DNA of 64,000 nucleotides from Bacteroidales bacterium (GTDB taxonomy: Bacteria > Bacteroidota > Bacteroidia > Bacteroidales > UBA12077): positions 3,873,188-3,937,187 of the forward strand of contig OY762280.1 of the NCBI GenBank assembly GCA_963665525.1, in the 5' to 3' direction. A program made the position numbers and the translations under genes. The notes beneath the pieces are model-generated. The model was not told where the DNA came from and ran no database searches. It saw only the letters and a list, made by a program, of their open reading frames with translations. Positions 1 to 9,700 of the stretch are shown here, one piece after another; within the stretch, counting starts at the first letter, position 1; every line of letters begins with the position of its first letter.

Positions 1-1753
1 TGAAGCAGCAAACAAAATTTATACACAAAAGAAAACAGACCTCGATGAAATATTGAAAATATTAACCAGTAAGAAAGAAAAACTGGAAGCTTATGGAGAA
101 AAAGATTCGCTTTCTGAACGCTTTCTTAAAATAGAGAGAATATATAATCGAGAGAAAGAAAAGTATGATAAATGCTCAGAAGAGCTTGAAATCGCAAAAG
201 GCTTACTTCATAAAGCCAGTAATTCAAAAGAGAAGGATTTGCTGGAAAATAACATAACACATTTAAATAACGATTTGAAAAAGCTTCAATATGTTTTTGA
301 TGAAGCTACAAAAACGCTGGATTTTATAGAGCGTGTTGCAGAAAAAGTTTTGAATGGTAAAAATACAAGAGTTGCTGAGAGCGAAGTAAAAATTGAGATC
401 TCAAAACAAAGAAATATCTATACCCTGGAAGATATTGGTGAAGAGTTAAGTAAATATCTTCCTGTGTTTGATTTTTTCGAAGATTTTGCAAGCTTATTGC
501 CTAATAGAATAGACTTAAAGGATGTGTTTGATCAAAATGAGCAAGTTGAAGGTTATAAAGCCGTCAAGAATTTCTTAATTATTTCGGGCTTAAGCTCTGA
601 ATTTTTTAATCAGGAAAATGACCGGATTCTTAAACAAAGAATTGAAAATCTTAATGGCGAAATTACCATTGATTTTCATGAATTTTGGAGCCAAAAAATT
701 GGAACACAAAATAAAATACATTTAAATTTTGAATTAGAACATTACGATAATAGCAATCCTGAAAAAAGGGGAAATCCTTATCTTGAATTTTGGATAAAGG
801 ATAATTATGAACGGCTTTACCCAAAACAAAGAAGTAGAGGTGTTCGTTGGTTTTTATCTTTTTACCTGGAATTAAAAGCTGCTGCAATGAGTAAACAGAA
901 TAAAGTTTTACTTATTGACGAACCAGGGCTTAGTCTTCATGCTAAAGCTCAGCAAGATGTATTAAAGGTGTTTGAAAATCTGAAAAACGATTTACAAATT
1001 GTTTATTGTACACACTCATCTCAGTTGATTGATATGGAGAAAATGTATCGAATATTAGCTGTTCAACGTGAAGAGGGTGATCAGGTAAATAGTCAATCGG
1101 TTATTCTTGACTCGAAATCTTTACAATCAGCTAATAGTGAAACTATGATGCCAATATTTTCTGTTTTTAGCGGGCATATTGTTAAAGAACAAAATTTTAT
1201 CAAAGAAAGAAATCTAATTGTAGATGATATAAGTACTTTCTACTATTTGTCGGCATTTTCAAAACTTACCGGAAAAATGGGGGAGATTCATTTTATTCCT
1301 TCTAATGGAGTGAAAGAAATTCCTGTTATGACTAATTTATTAACAGGATGGAGAACTGATTTTTCAGTATTATTACCTGGTAGTATCCAAGGGCAAAAAG
1401 TTTTTGAAGCACTTAAAAAGAATTTATTCCTTAATGATAAAGATCTTATTGATAGTAAATTAATATTAATGGAAAAAGAAAACATTGTAGATTTATTTTC
1501 TAGGTTGGACTTTAAAAAATATATTTTGAATAAACGAACTGGGATTCCTGAATCGAATAGTGAATATATTGAAATCAATAATTTATCTAATAGCTACCTG
1601 GCTTCACAGTTTGCAACTTTAGTTGATAAGGGAGAAATTCAAAAAAATCATTTGGATGAACAGACATTAAACGCAATTGATGAAATAATTGATACAATTG
1701 AAGATTCATTAAGCTTAAGGCATCAAAGAACACTATCATTTAGCAAATCGTAA
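1..1753 (+). CDS. ABC/SMC-like ATPase with coiled-coil insert and C-terminal TOPRIM/DUF4435-like region (OLD-family-like); 5' end lies outside the window
   Basis: The frame is open from nt 2, with no stop before the TTG at 53 used by the ORF track, so Walker A should lie upstream. A K/E-rich coiled coil is followed by the signature-like RSRGVRWFLSFYLEL, Walker B/D-loop VLLIDEPGLSLH and H-loop VYCTHS. The tail reads NLIVDDISTFYYL..IHFIPSNGVKEI..FSVLLPGS. Confidence 0.55.
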   Translation, partial: EAANKIYTQKKTDLDEILKILTSKKEKLEAYGEKDSLSERFLKIERIYNREKEKYDKCSEELEIAKGLLHKASNSKEKDLLENNITHLNNDLKKLQYVFDEATKTLDFIERVAEKVLNGKNTRVAESEVKIEISKQRNIYTLEDIGEELSKYLPVFDFFEDFASLLPNRIDLKDVFDQNEQVEGYKAVKNFLIISGLSSEFFNQENDRILKQRIENLNGEITIDFHEFWSQKIGTQNKIHLNFELEHYDNSNPEKRGNPYLEFWIKDNYERLYPKQRSRGVRWFLSFYLELKAAAMSKQNKVLLIDEPGLSLHAKAQQDVLKVFENLKNDLQIVYCTHSSQLIDMEKMYRILAVQREEGDQVNSQSVILDSKSLQSANSETMMPIFSVFSGHIVKEQNFIKERNLIVDDISTFYYLSAFSKLTGKMGEIHFIPSNGVKEIPVMTNLLTGWRTDFSVLLPGSIQGQKVFEALKKNLFLNDKDLIDSKLILMEKENIVDLFSRLDFKKYILNKRTGIPESNSEYIEINNLSNSYLASQFATLVDKGEIQKNHLDEQTLNAIDEIIDTIEDSLSLRHQRTLSFSKS

Positions 1754-1843
1754 TAAATATAGATAAATAGATTATAAAGTAAAACTGCCACACGAATGCG
1801 ACAGTTGGAGATATATATGGTGTTTTTGGAGAATCTTGTTATT

Positions 1844-2296
1844 CTATAAGATCATGAAACTATGTTTTTTCATCCATTCTTTTTCTTCGAAATCGGAAAA
1901 TATATCAATACACATACAAGGTTTTTGAAAGACATCCATATTTTTATCTTTTTCGACAACTTTATCATTTGAAATACCTTCTTCAACTTTCCAGAAAAAT
2001 GAATCAAACATCCATTCTTCTAAGTATTGTTCCTGCTCAAAATCATCCGTTATAATATGCAGGTTAAACATCCATTCTTCAAGATTTCTTGTTTCTTCTA
2101 TTATTTCTATATCTTCACTTGTAAGTTTTATATCTCTTGAAGTATTTTGTTTAACTGTTGTTTTGAGTTTTGATAATTTTCGATTAACACTAATTGTATT
2201 TGAATATTTATTTCCTGCAACAAGCCCAAATACTATACATGAAAGCGTGATTAATAAACTAAAATATTTGATAAGCGATTTAATTTTCGTTTTCAT
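1844..2296 (-). CDS. Hypothetical N-terminally membrane-anchored acidic protein with three E(E/K)WM motifs
   Basis: 150-aa ORF. It has an N-terminal hydrophobic helix (FSLLITLSCIVFGLVAG) and the repeats LEEWMFN, LEEWMFD and EKEWMKK. I recognise no family. Confidence 0.4.
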   Translation of the reverse strand: MKTKIKSLIKYFSLLITLSCIVFGLVAGNKYSNTISVNRKLSKLKTTVKQNTSRDIKLTSEDIEIIEETRNLEEWMFNLHIITDDFEQEQYLEEWMFDSFFWKVEEGISNDKVVEKDKNMDVFQKPCMCIDIFSDFEEKEWMKKHSFMIL

Positions 2297-2455
2297 AAAT
2301 TAGCTCCTTTCTTATTAAACTTATTTGTTTAATAATCACATGGATTGTGCCAATTTCTATAAAACACAACAAAACAGCAGCTTAATGCTCTAAAAGACTT
2401 AAGTTAATGAGCAAATTATGAACGTTTGTGGTACATGTAGTGTTCGATTATGAAC

Positions 2456-2482
2456 AAAAAAAAGCTACATCTAAATGTAGCT
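2456..2482 (-). terminator. Rho-independent terminator of cysS
   Basis: Stem agctacat/atgtagct (2463-2470 and 2475-2482) with a 4-nt loop. The A-run at 2456-2462 is a T-run on the minus strand, just downstream of the cysS stop. Confidence 0.65.
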
Positions 2483-2508
2483 TATAAATTATTAATGAGT
2501 TTGATAAG

Positions 2509-3978
2509 TTATACTTCCCATTCAAACCCATCTTTGGTATCTTTAATCTTAATTCCTTTTTTGGTTAATTCATCACGTATTTTATCAGATGTTGCAAAAT
2601 CTTTGTTCTTTTTAGCATCTAATCTTATGTTCAGAATCAGATCAATTAAATCGGCAGTTAATTCTGTTTCCGATGATTGTGTTAATTCATCAGCTTTTAA
2701 TCCTAATACATCAACAACAAAAGAATTGTAAATAGATTTTAACTCGTTTAAATCGGCTTCATTGATTTTTTCTTTGCCATCTTTAATTGAGTTAATCATT
2801 TTAACTGCATCAAAAAGTTGAGCTATTAATACAGGAGTATTAAAATCATCGTCCATCGCTTTGTAGCAATTGGCTTTAAGTTCAGCGACGTTCACAGTTG
2901 ATTCTGATTCTGCATTTAATTTATTTAGTGTTTCTCCGGCGGTCATTAATTTCTGGAATCCTTTTTCTGCTCCTTGTAAAGCTTCATTAGAGAAATCTAA
3001 TGTGCTTCTGTAATGCGATTGTGCCATAAAGAAACGAACTACCATAGGTGAATAACCACGCTCAAGTAATGGATGATCTCCAGTAAACAATTCATGTGGT
3101 AAGAACCCATTTCCGGCACTTTTTGACATGCGAGCCCCATTTACTGTTAACATATTTGTATGCATCCAATATTTTACTGGTGCAGTATGATTACAAGCTT
3201 GCGATTGGGCAATTTCATTGGTGTGATGTGTTGCTTGTAAGTCCATTCCTCCTCCATGAATATCGAAAGTTTCACCTAAATATTTTGTGCTCATAGCAGA
3301 ACACTCAATGTGCCATCCAGGAAAACCCCATCCCCAAGGCGAAGGCCATTTCATTAAGGTTTCAGGTTTTGCCTTGATCCAAAGTGCAAAATCTAACCTT
3401 CCTTTTTTCTCATCTTGACCACTTAATTCTCGTGTTCCTTCTAATAAATCTTGAAGTTTACGATTTGTTAAAAGCCCGTATGGATGGTCCTTGTCGTATT
3501 TTTCTACATCAAAATAAACGGTTCCGTCTTTTTCGTAAGCATATCCATTATTTAGGATTTCCTTTACCATTTCAATTTGCTCAGAAATGTGTCCGGTTGC
3601 TGTTGGCTCGATGCTAGGAGGTAAAGTGTTGAAAATACGCATTACATCATGAAAACCCAGAGTGTATTTTTGAACTATCTCCATTGGTTCAAGTTTTTCA
3701 AGTTTTGCTTTTTTTGCAAACTTATCATCGCCCTCATCACGGTCGCCTTCTAAATGACCAGCATCAGTTATGTTTCTTACATAACGTACTTTGTAACCTA
3801 AATGTAAAAGATATCTATATATAATATCGAAAGAAATAAATGTTCGGCTGTTTCCTAAATGAACATCGCTATAAACTGTTGGTCCACATACATACATACC
3901 AACAAATGGCTCATTTAATGGTTCAAAAACCTCTTTCTTTCTTGATAATGTATTATAAACATGCAAATTATTATTCAT
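2509..3978 (-). CDS. cysS: Cysteine--tRNA ligase
   Basis: 489 aa. The N-terminus LHVYNTLSRKKEVFEP..VGMYVCGPTVYSDVHLGNSRT carries a HIGH-type motif, and RMSKSAGN is the KMSKS motif. This is the class I CysRS layout. Confidence 0.95.
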   Translation of the reverse strand: MNNNLHVYNTLSRKKEVFEPLNEPFVGMYVCGPTVYSDVHLGNSRTFISFDIIYRYLLHLGYKVRYVRNITDAGHLEGDRDEGDDKFAKKAKLEKLEPMEIVQKYTLGFHDVMRIFNTLPPSIEPTATGHISEQIEMVKEILNNGYAYEKDGTVYFDVEKYDKDHPYGLLTNRKLQDLLEGTRELSGQDEKKGRLDFALWIKAKPETLMKWPSPWGWGFPGWHIECSAMSTKYLGETFDIHGGGMDLQATHHTNEIAQSQACNHTAPVKYWMHTNMLTVNGARMSKSAGNGFLPHELFTGDHPLLERGYSPMVVRFFMAQSHYRSTLDFSNEALQGAEKGFQKLMTAGETLNKLNAESESTVNVAELKANCYKAMDDDFNTPVLIAQLFDAVKMINSIKDGKEKINEADLNELKSIYNSFVVDVLGLKADELTQSSETELTADLIDLILNIRLDAKKNKDFATSDKIRDELTKKGIKIKDTKDGFEWEV

Positions 3979-4003
3979 CGCAAATTAATTTTAATGCAGT
4001 GGG

Positions 4004-4011
4004 CAAAGTTA
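4004..4011 (-). promoter_or_regulatory. Candidate Bacteroidota -7 promoter box (TAACTTTG) for cysS
   Basis: The reverse complement of caaagtta matches TAnnTTTG. It lies 25 nt upstream of the cysS ATG. Confidence 0.4.
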
Positions 4012-4117
4012 ATAAATTTAAAAAGATATTCGGCTTAATATTTGAATTCTAAATAATAATACACGATTTTTAAATTATCTTCATTAATTTTGAAAGCTTA
4101 ATTAAATAAGGAGTAAA

Positions 4118-4456
4118 ATGAGTTCGACAAGGCAAAATAAGATAGAAAGATTATTACAAAGAGATTTGGGTGATATTTTTCAGAAGGGTACAAGTACCTT
4201 ATTTAAAGGTAAAATGATTACAGTAACCACTGTGAGAGTTTCACCAGATTTATCAACGGCAAGAATATATTTAAGCTTGTTTCCGGTTGATGATAAAAAA
4301 GAGTTTATTGATTACATCAATAGTATAGAAGGACAAATTCGTTTCGATTTGGGGAAACGTGTTCGTCATCAGTTAAGAAAAGTTCCTGAGTTATCATTCT
4401 TTGTTGACGATTCGCTCGATTATATTGAAAACATTGATAATTTATTAAAAGAATAG
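4118..4456 (+). CDS. rbfA: Ribosome-binding factor A
   Basis: 112 aa. The sequence RQNKIERLLQRDLGDIF..VTTVRVSPDLSTARIYLS is typical of RbfA. Confidence 0.9.
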   Translation: MSSTRQNKIERLLQRDLGDIFQKGTSTLFKGKMITVTTVRVSPDLSTARIYLSLFPVDDKKEFIDYINSIEGQIRFDLGKRVRHQLRKVPELSFFVDDSLDYIENIDNLLKE

Positions 4457-4478
4457 GCTAACCAATAAGTTAAATTGA

Positions 4479-5288
4479 ATGAAATACGATCCTATAAAAA
4501 GAAGTCTCGGAGTAGTTTTTAATAAGAAACCATTTTTAAGAAAAATATTTTACCGATTACTTGATTTGTTATTATTACGCACCTGGCATATCAAGAAGGC
4601 GATTAGATCTTGGAAAAAGAACTATAACCATGAAGCTGATATTTTAGATGCAGGATCGGGTTTTGGGCAGTATTCATTTTATCTTTCCAAACAATCAAAA
4701 AAATGGAATATTTTAGGTGTTGATGTAAAAACAGAACAAATTGAAGATTGTAATAATTTCTTTTCTCAAATTGGGAGATCAGAATATGTAAAATTCGAAT
4801 ATGGTGATTTGACAAAGTTTGAGAATAAAAATAATTATGATTTAATTCTCAGTGTTGATGTAATGGAACATATTGAAGATGATGTAATAGTTTTTAAGAA
4901 TTTTCATAAATCATTAAAAGATAAAGGAATGGTTTTAATCTCCACACCATCAGATCAGGGAGGTTCAGACGTGCATGATGAAGACGATCATTCATTTATT
5001 GATGAACATGTACGTGATGGTTATAATATTAATGAAATTGAAGAAAAATTAAAATTTGCTGGTTTTTCAAGAGTTGAGGCTAATTATTCATATGGTACTC
5101 CGGGAAAGATTTCATGGAAACTGTCGATGAAATATCCAATACAAATGTTAAATGTAAGTAAATTGTTTTTTGTTATTTTACCTATATATTATATCATAGC
5201 TTATCCAATTTCGTTTATATTAAATTACTTTGATGTTAATATGAAACACAAAACAGGCACAGGTTTAATAGTAAAAGCATTTAAATAA
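4479..5288 (+). CDS. Class I SAM-dependent methyltransferase with hydrophobic C-terminal tail
   Basis: Motif I is ILDAGSGFGQYS and the post-I acidic residue is in GVDV. LILSVDVMEHIED is also present. The C-terminus is hydrophobic (FFVILPIYYIIAYPISFIL). Confidence 0.7.
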   Translation: MKYDPIKRSLGVVFNKKPFLRKIFYRLLDLLLLRTWHIKKAIRSWKKNYNHEADILDAGSGFGQYSFYLSKQSKKWNILGVDVKTEQIEDCNNFFSQIGRSEYVKFEYGDLTKFENKNNYDLILSVDVMEHIEDDVIVFKNFHKSLKDKGMVLISTPSDQGGSDVHDEDDHSFIDEHVRDGYNINEIEEKLKFAGFSRVEANYSYGTPGKISWKLSMKYPIQMLNVSKLFFVILPIYYIIAYPISFILNYFDVNMKHKTGTGLIVKAFK

Positions 5289-5290
5289 AT

Positions 5291-6523
5291 TTGAACTTTC
5301 CATTCTACATATCAAAACGATACCTGGTTTCTAAGAAATCAAAGAATGCTATTAACATTATTTCTATGATTTCTGTTATTGGTGTAATGGTGGGAACTGC
5401 TGCATTAATAATTGTATTATCAGCATTTAATGGACTGGATCATTTGCTTAAATCAATGAACGATTCTTTCGATCCTGATTTGAAGATTTTACCGGCATCT
5501 GGAAAAGTATTTTCTTTAGATGATCCTAATTTAGAAGAACTTGCTAAATCGGAATATGTTTATGATATTGCTGAGGTGATTGAGGAAAATGCTTTGCTTA
5601 AGTACGATGATCAGCAATATATTGCAACAGTAAAAGGGATCAGCGATAATTTTGCGAATATATCAGGTGTAGATACGATGTTAGCGGTTGGTGAGTTTGT
5701 TTTAGAGTATAAAAACCAACCTTATGCTATAGTTGGACAAGGAGTTGCATATTACTTATCCCTGAATTTAAATTATATAAATCCTATTGTTATATATGTT
5801 CCAAAGCGAAACGCTAAAATAAGCATGAACCCGGAGCAGGCATTTAACCGTAACTATATTTTTCCTTCAGCAATTTTTTCTATTCAACAGGAGTTCGATC
5901 TGAAATACATTTTGGTTCCAATTGACTATGCCAGAGAACTTTTTGATTATACAAACCAAGTTAGTGCATTAGAAATAAAACTAAACAAAGGTTTTGATGT
6001 AGAAAAAGTTCAACGTGATATACAGGAAATTTTAGGAGAAGATTATCAGGTTAAAAACCGTTATCAGTTGCATGAGGCTTTTTATAAAATAATGAAATCA
6101 GAAAAGTTTTATATTTTCCTAATTTTAACATTTATACTTATTGTGGCTTCATTTAATATTATTGGTTCTTTAACCATGTTAATTATTGATAAGAAAGAGG
6201 ATATTGCAACTTTCCGAAGCCTTGGGGCTAATTTAAAAACCATTAGAAAAATATTTTTAACCGAAGGTTGGTTAATAACAGTTGTCGGTGCAATCTTTGG
6301 TCTGATATTTGGTTTTTTAGTTTGTTGGATTCAAATTAGATTTGAACTGGTAAAGTTTGGAAGCACAGGTTCTTTTATTGTAAATGCATATCCTATTAAA
6401 CTAATATGGTCTGATTTCCTTATTATTTTTACAACAGTAATAGCTATTGGGTATCTTGCTGCCTGGTATCCTGTTCGATACATTACTAAACGCTTTGTAA
6501 TTCAGGAGATTAGTAACACTTAA
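5291..6523 (+). CDS. FtsX-like ABC transporter permease (LolC/LolE-like)
   Basis: 410 aa. The N-terminus FPFYISKRYLVSKKSKNAINIISMISVIGV is typical of LolC/E, followed by a large periplasmic loop and three C-terminal TM helices. The apparent start is TTG, 2 nt after the upstream stop. Confidence 0.8.
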   Translation: MNFPFYISKRYLVSKKSKNAINIISMISVIGVMVGTAALIIVLSAFNGLDHLLKSMNDSFDPDLKILPASGKVFSLDDPNLEELAKSEYVYDIAEVIEENALLKYDDQQYIATVKGISDNFANISGVDTMLAVGEFVLEYKNQPYAIVGQGVAYYLSLNLNYINPIVIYVPKRNAKISMNPEQAFNRNYIFPSAIFSIQQEFDLKYILVPIDYARELFDYTNQVSALEIKLNKGFDVEKVQRDIQEILGEDYQVKNRYQLHEAFYKIMKSEKFYIFLILTFILIVASFNIIGSLTMLIIDKKEDIATFRSLGANLKTIRKIFLTEGWLITVVGAIFGLIFGFLVCWIQIRFELVKFGSTGSFIVNAYPIKLIWSDFLIIFTTVIAIGYLAAWYPVRYITKRFVIQEISNT

Positions 6524-6727
6524 AATTTACTGAAATAAGACATTTATATGTTAAGTTATTAACATATAATGATTTTACTCTAAAAATACATATGCTGTAT
6601 TGTTAATAAAAAATACACATGAATCGTATTGTAACTACGATTTTTGAAACAAAAACTCCAAGCATGCCGTAAAAAATTATTAACATTGCATGTATTTTAT
6701 TAACAATTGGCCAAAAATCACAAAATT

Positions 6728-9700
6728 ATGTCGACACATCTGAGACATTTTATTTTTTATATTTTTTCATTTTTTATTGTATCAATATCAGTAAATAATG
6801 GATTTTCGCAAAACAGGTACTGGGTAAATGGATCTGGAAACTGGAATGATACTAATCACTGGTCCGAATCTTCAGGAGGAATCCCCGGTGCAAATATTCC
6901 AACAAAAGATATTAATGTTGTTTTCGATGATAATTCATTTACATCATCTGATCAAACCGTTTTTATTAAGGAAAGCGTAGAATGTAAAGACTTTCATTGG
7001 AACATTAAAAATATACAGCCATCTTTAAAAAGTAAATCTTTTCTTTTTAAAACAAACACTAAAGCAGAAATTCAGCTTTATGGTTCTTTATATGTAAATG
7101 AAAATATTAGTAATCAGTTTTTTGGTGATATTGTTCTAAAATCAAATGAAAAATCTGAAATAAACATTAAATCAGATTTAAACAGTGATGTTTTATTTGC
7201 TTCAGAAAAAGGGAAATGGGATTTAAAATCTGATTTAAAAACTTCCGGTGACATTTCTGTGTTAGAAGGTAAATTAAGCTTGAATGCAAACATTATAGAG
7301 ACAAATGCTTTTATTAGTTCAGGTAATTTACCAAGATCAATTAATATTTCAGATTCAAAAATAATAACTAACTCCATAAATTTTGAACAGTCTCAAAATT
7401 TAAACTTACAATCAGATAATTATAAAGTAGAAATAAAGAACAAGATATCAGAAAAGAGTGTAAAATCTGGTGATATACCTATTATAGTTTATAAGGCAGG
7501 AGCTAAAGCTACTTTCAATATTGACAGTGTAACGGTTGATTCCACAAGTTGTTATAATGGAAACGATGGGAGTATTACAGTATATGTTTCAGGTGGAACT
7601 TCACCATATTATTATACATTAGCAAAAAGAACAAGTCCAACTACATGGGCAGATACCTTATCTGCATCAAATTCAGGTCCAAGTTATACTTTTGTTGGAT
7701 TACGGCAAAATGGATATAAAATATCAGTAGAAGATACTGGTCCAACAGGAGGTGGTTTTGCGGTTGATAGTGTGTACCACCCAGATAAATTGGTGGCAGA
7801 TTCTATTGGTGTAAACCAGGGTTTAACTTGTTCATACAGTAGTGATGCAGAATTAGAAGCATATGCTTCTGGTGGTAATCCAGCATATTCGTATCAATGG
7901 TTAAAATATAATACAGGAACAGGATTGTGGGATGTTATAACAACTGATGATCCTGCAAATAAAGTTCTTACAGGAGTTTCTCAGGGATGGTATACGGTTA
8001 ATGTTACTGACCAAAATGGTTGTGGAGATTTAGGTTATGTTTCTACAGAGATATTCTTTTTGGAAGGAGGATATGGATATGATAATTATATACCAAGTAC
8101 CATCAATATTACAGGAGTATCTTCTACCAATACATGTAGTGGTTTTAGTACAGGAACAATTACAGTAAGTGCAACAGGAGGTACTGCTCCTTTAAAGTAT
8201 GCTATAGTTCGAATCAGTGATTCCGATTCTACGATTGAAGCATCAGGAGTTTTTACAGGATTACAAGCTGACACCTATAAAGTTTATGCTATTGATGCGA
8301 ATGATTGTTTTAAAAAATATGATACTGATATTACAATTGATGCATGGGATAACCCTACGGTAAATATCACGCCCGACCCAGCAGATGCTTGTCCGGGTAA
8401 ACCATTCCAATTATATGGAAACCCAACTCATGGTGATGGAACTTCCTTTACAAATCATTTATGGACAGGAGCAGGAACTGCATACCTTGATGATACAGGG
8501 ATTGAGAATCCTGTTTTTAATCATAATGTAGTTGGAGGATATAACCTTACGTATGAAGTAACCGATAATAATGGATGTACAGGAACTGATGTGATAACAG
8601 TTAATGTAGATGATACTGAAGACCCAGTAGCAGTTTGTCAGGATATAACAGTTCAGTTAGATGCTACAGGTAATGTAAGTATTGCCGGAGCTGATGTTGA
8701 TGGAGGTTCATCAGATAACTGTTCAGCACCAGGCGATTTAGTATTTACCGTAGTTCCAAATTCTTTTGATTGTACAGATATTGGAGCTAATGCTGTTACT
8801 TTAACTGTAACAGACGAAACAGGTAACTGGTCTAATTGTGCAGCTACAGTAACCGTCGAAGATAATATTGCACCAACAGCCGTTTGTCAGGATATAACAG
8901 TTCAGTTAGATGCCACAGGTAATGTAAGTATTACACCTGCCGATATAGATAATGGTAGTAGTGATAATTGTTCAGATTATACATTATCCTTAGATCAAAC
9001 AGATTTTACCTGTGCAGATATTGGAGTAAATACTGTAATATTAACTATTGATGATCAGCATGGTCAGACAGATAACTGTACAGCTACAGTAACTGTAGAA
9101 GATAATTTAGCACCAACAGCAATATGTCAGGATATAACAGTTCAGTTAGATGCTACAGGTAATGTAAGTATTACACCTGCCGATGTAGATAATGGCAGTA
9201 GCGATAATTGTTCAGATTTCACTTTATCTTTAGATCAAACAGACTTTACCTGTGCCGATATAGGAGCTAATATGGTAACCCTAACTATTGATGATCAGCA
9301 TGGACAAACTGATAATTGTACAGCTACAGTAACCGTAGAAGATAATTTTGCGCCAACAGCTGTATGTCAGGATATAACTGTTTATTTAGATGCCACAGGT
9401 AATGTAAGTATTACACCTGCTGATGTAGATAATGGTAGTAGTGATAATTGTTCTGATTTTATATTATCCTTAGATCAAACAGATTTTACCTGTGCTGATA
9501 TTGGAGCTAATACTGTTACATTAACTATTAATGATCAACATGGTCAAACCGATAATTGTACAGCTACAGTAACGGTAGTAGATAATCTCGATCCAACAGC
9601 CGTATGTCAGGATATTACAGTTCAATTAGATGCAACAGGTAATGTAAGCATTGCCGGATCAGATGTTGATGGAGGTTCATCAGATAATTGTACAGTACCA

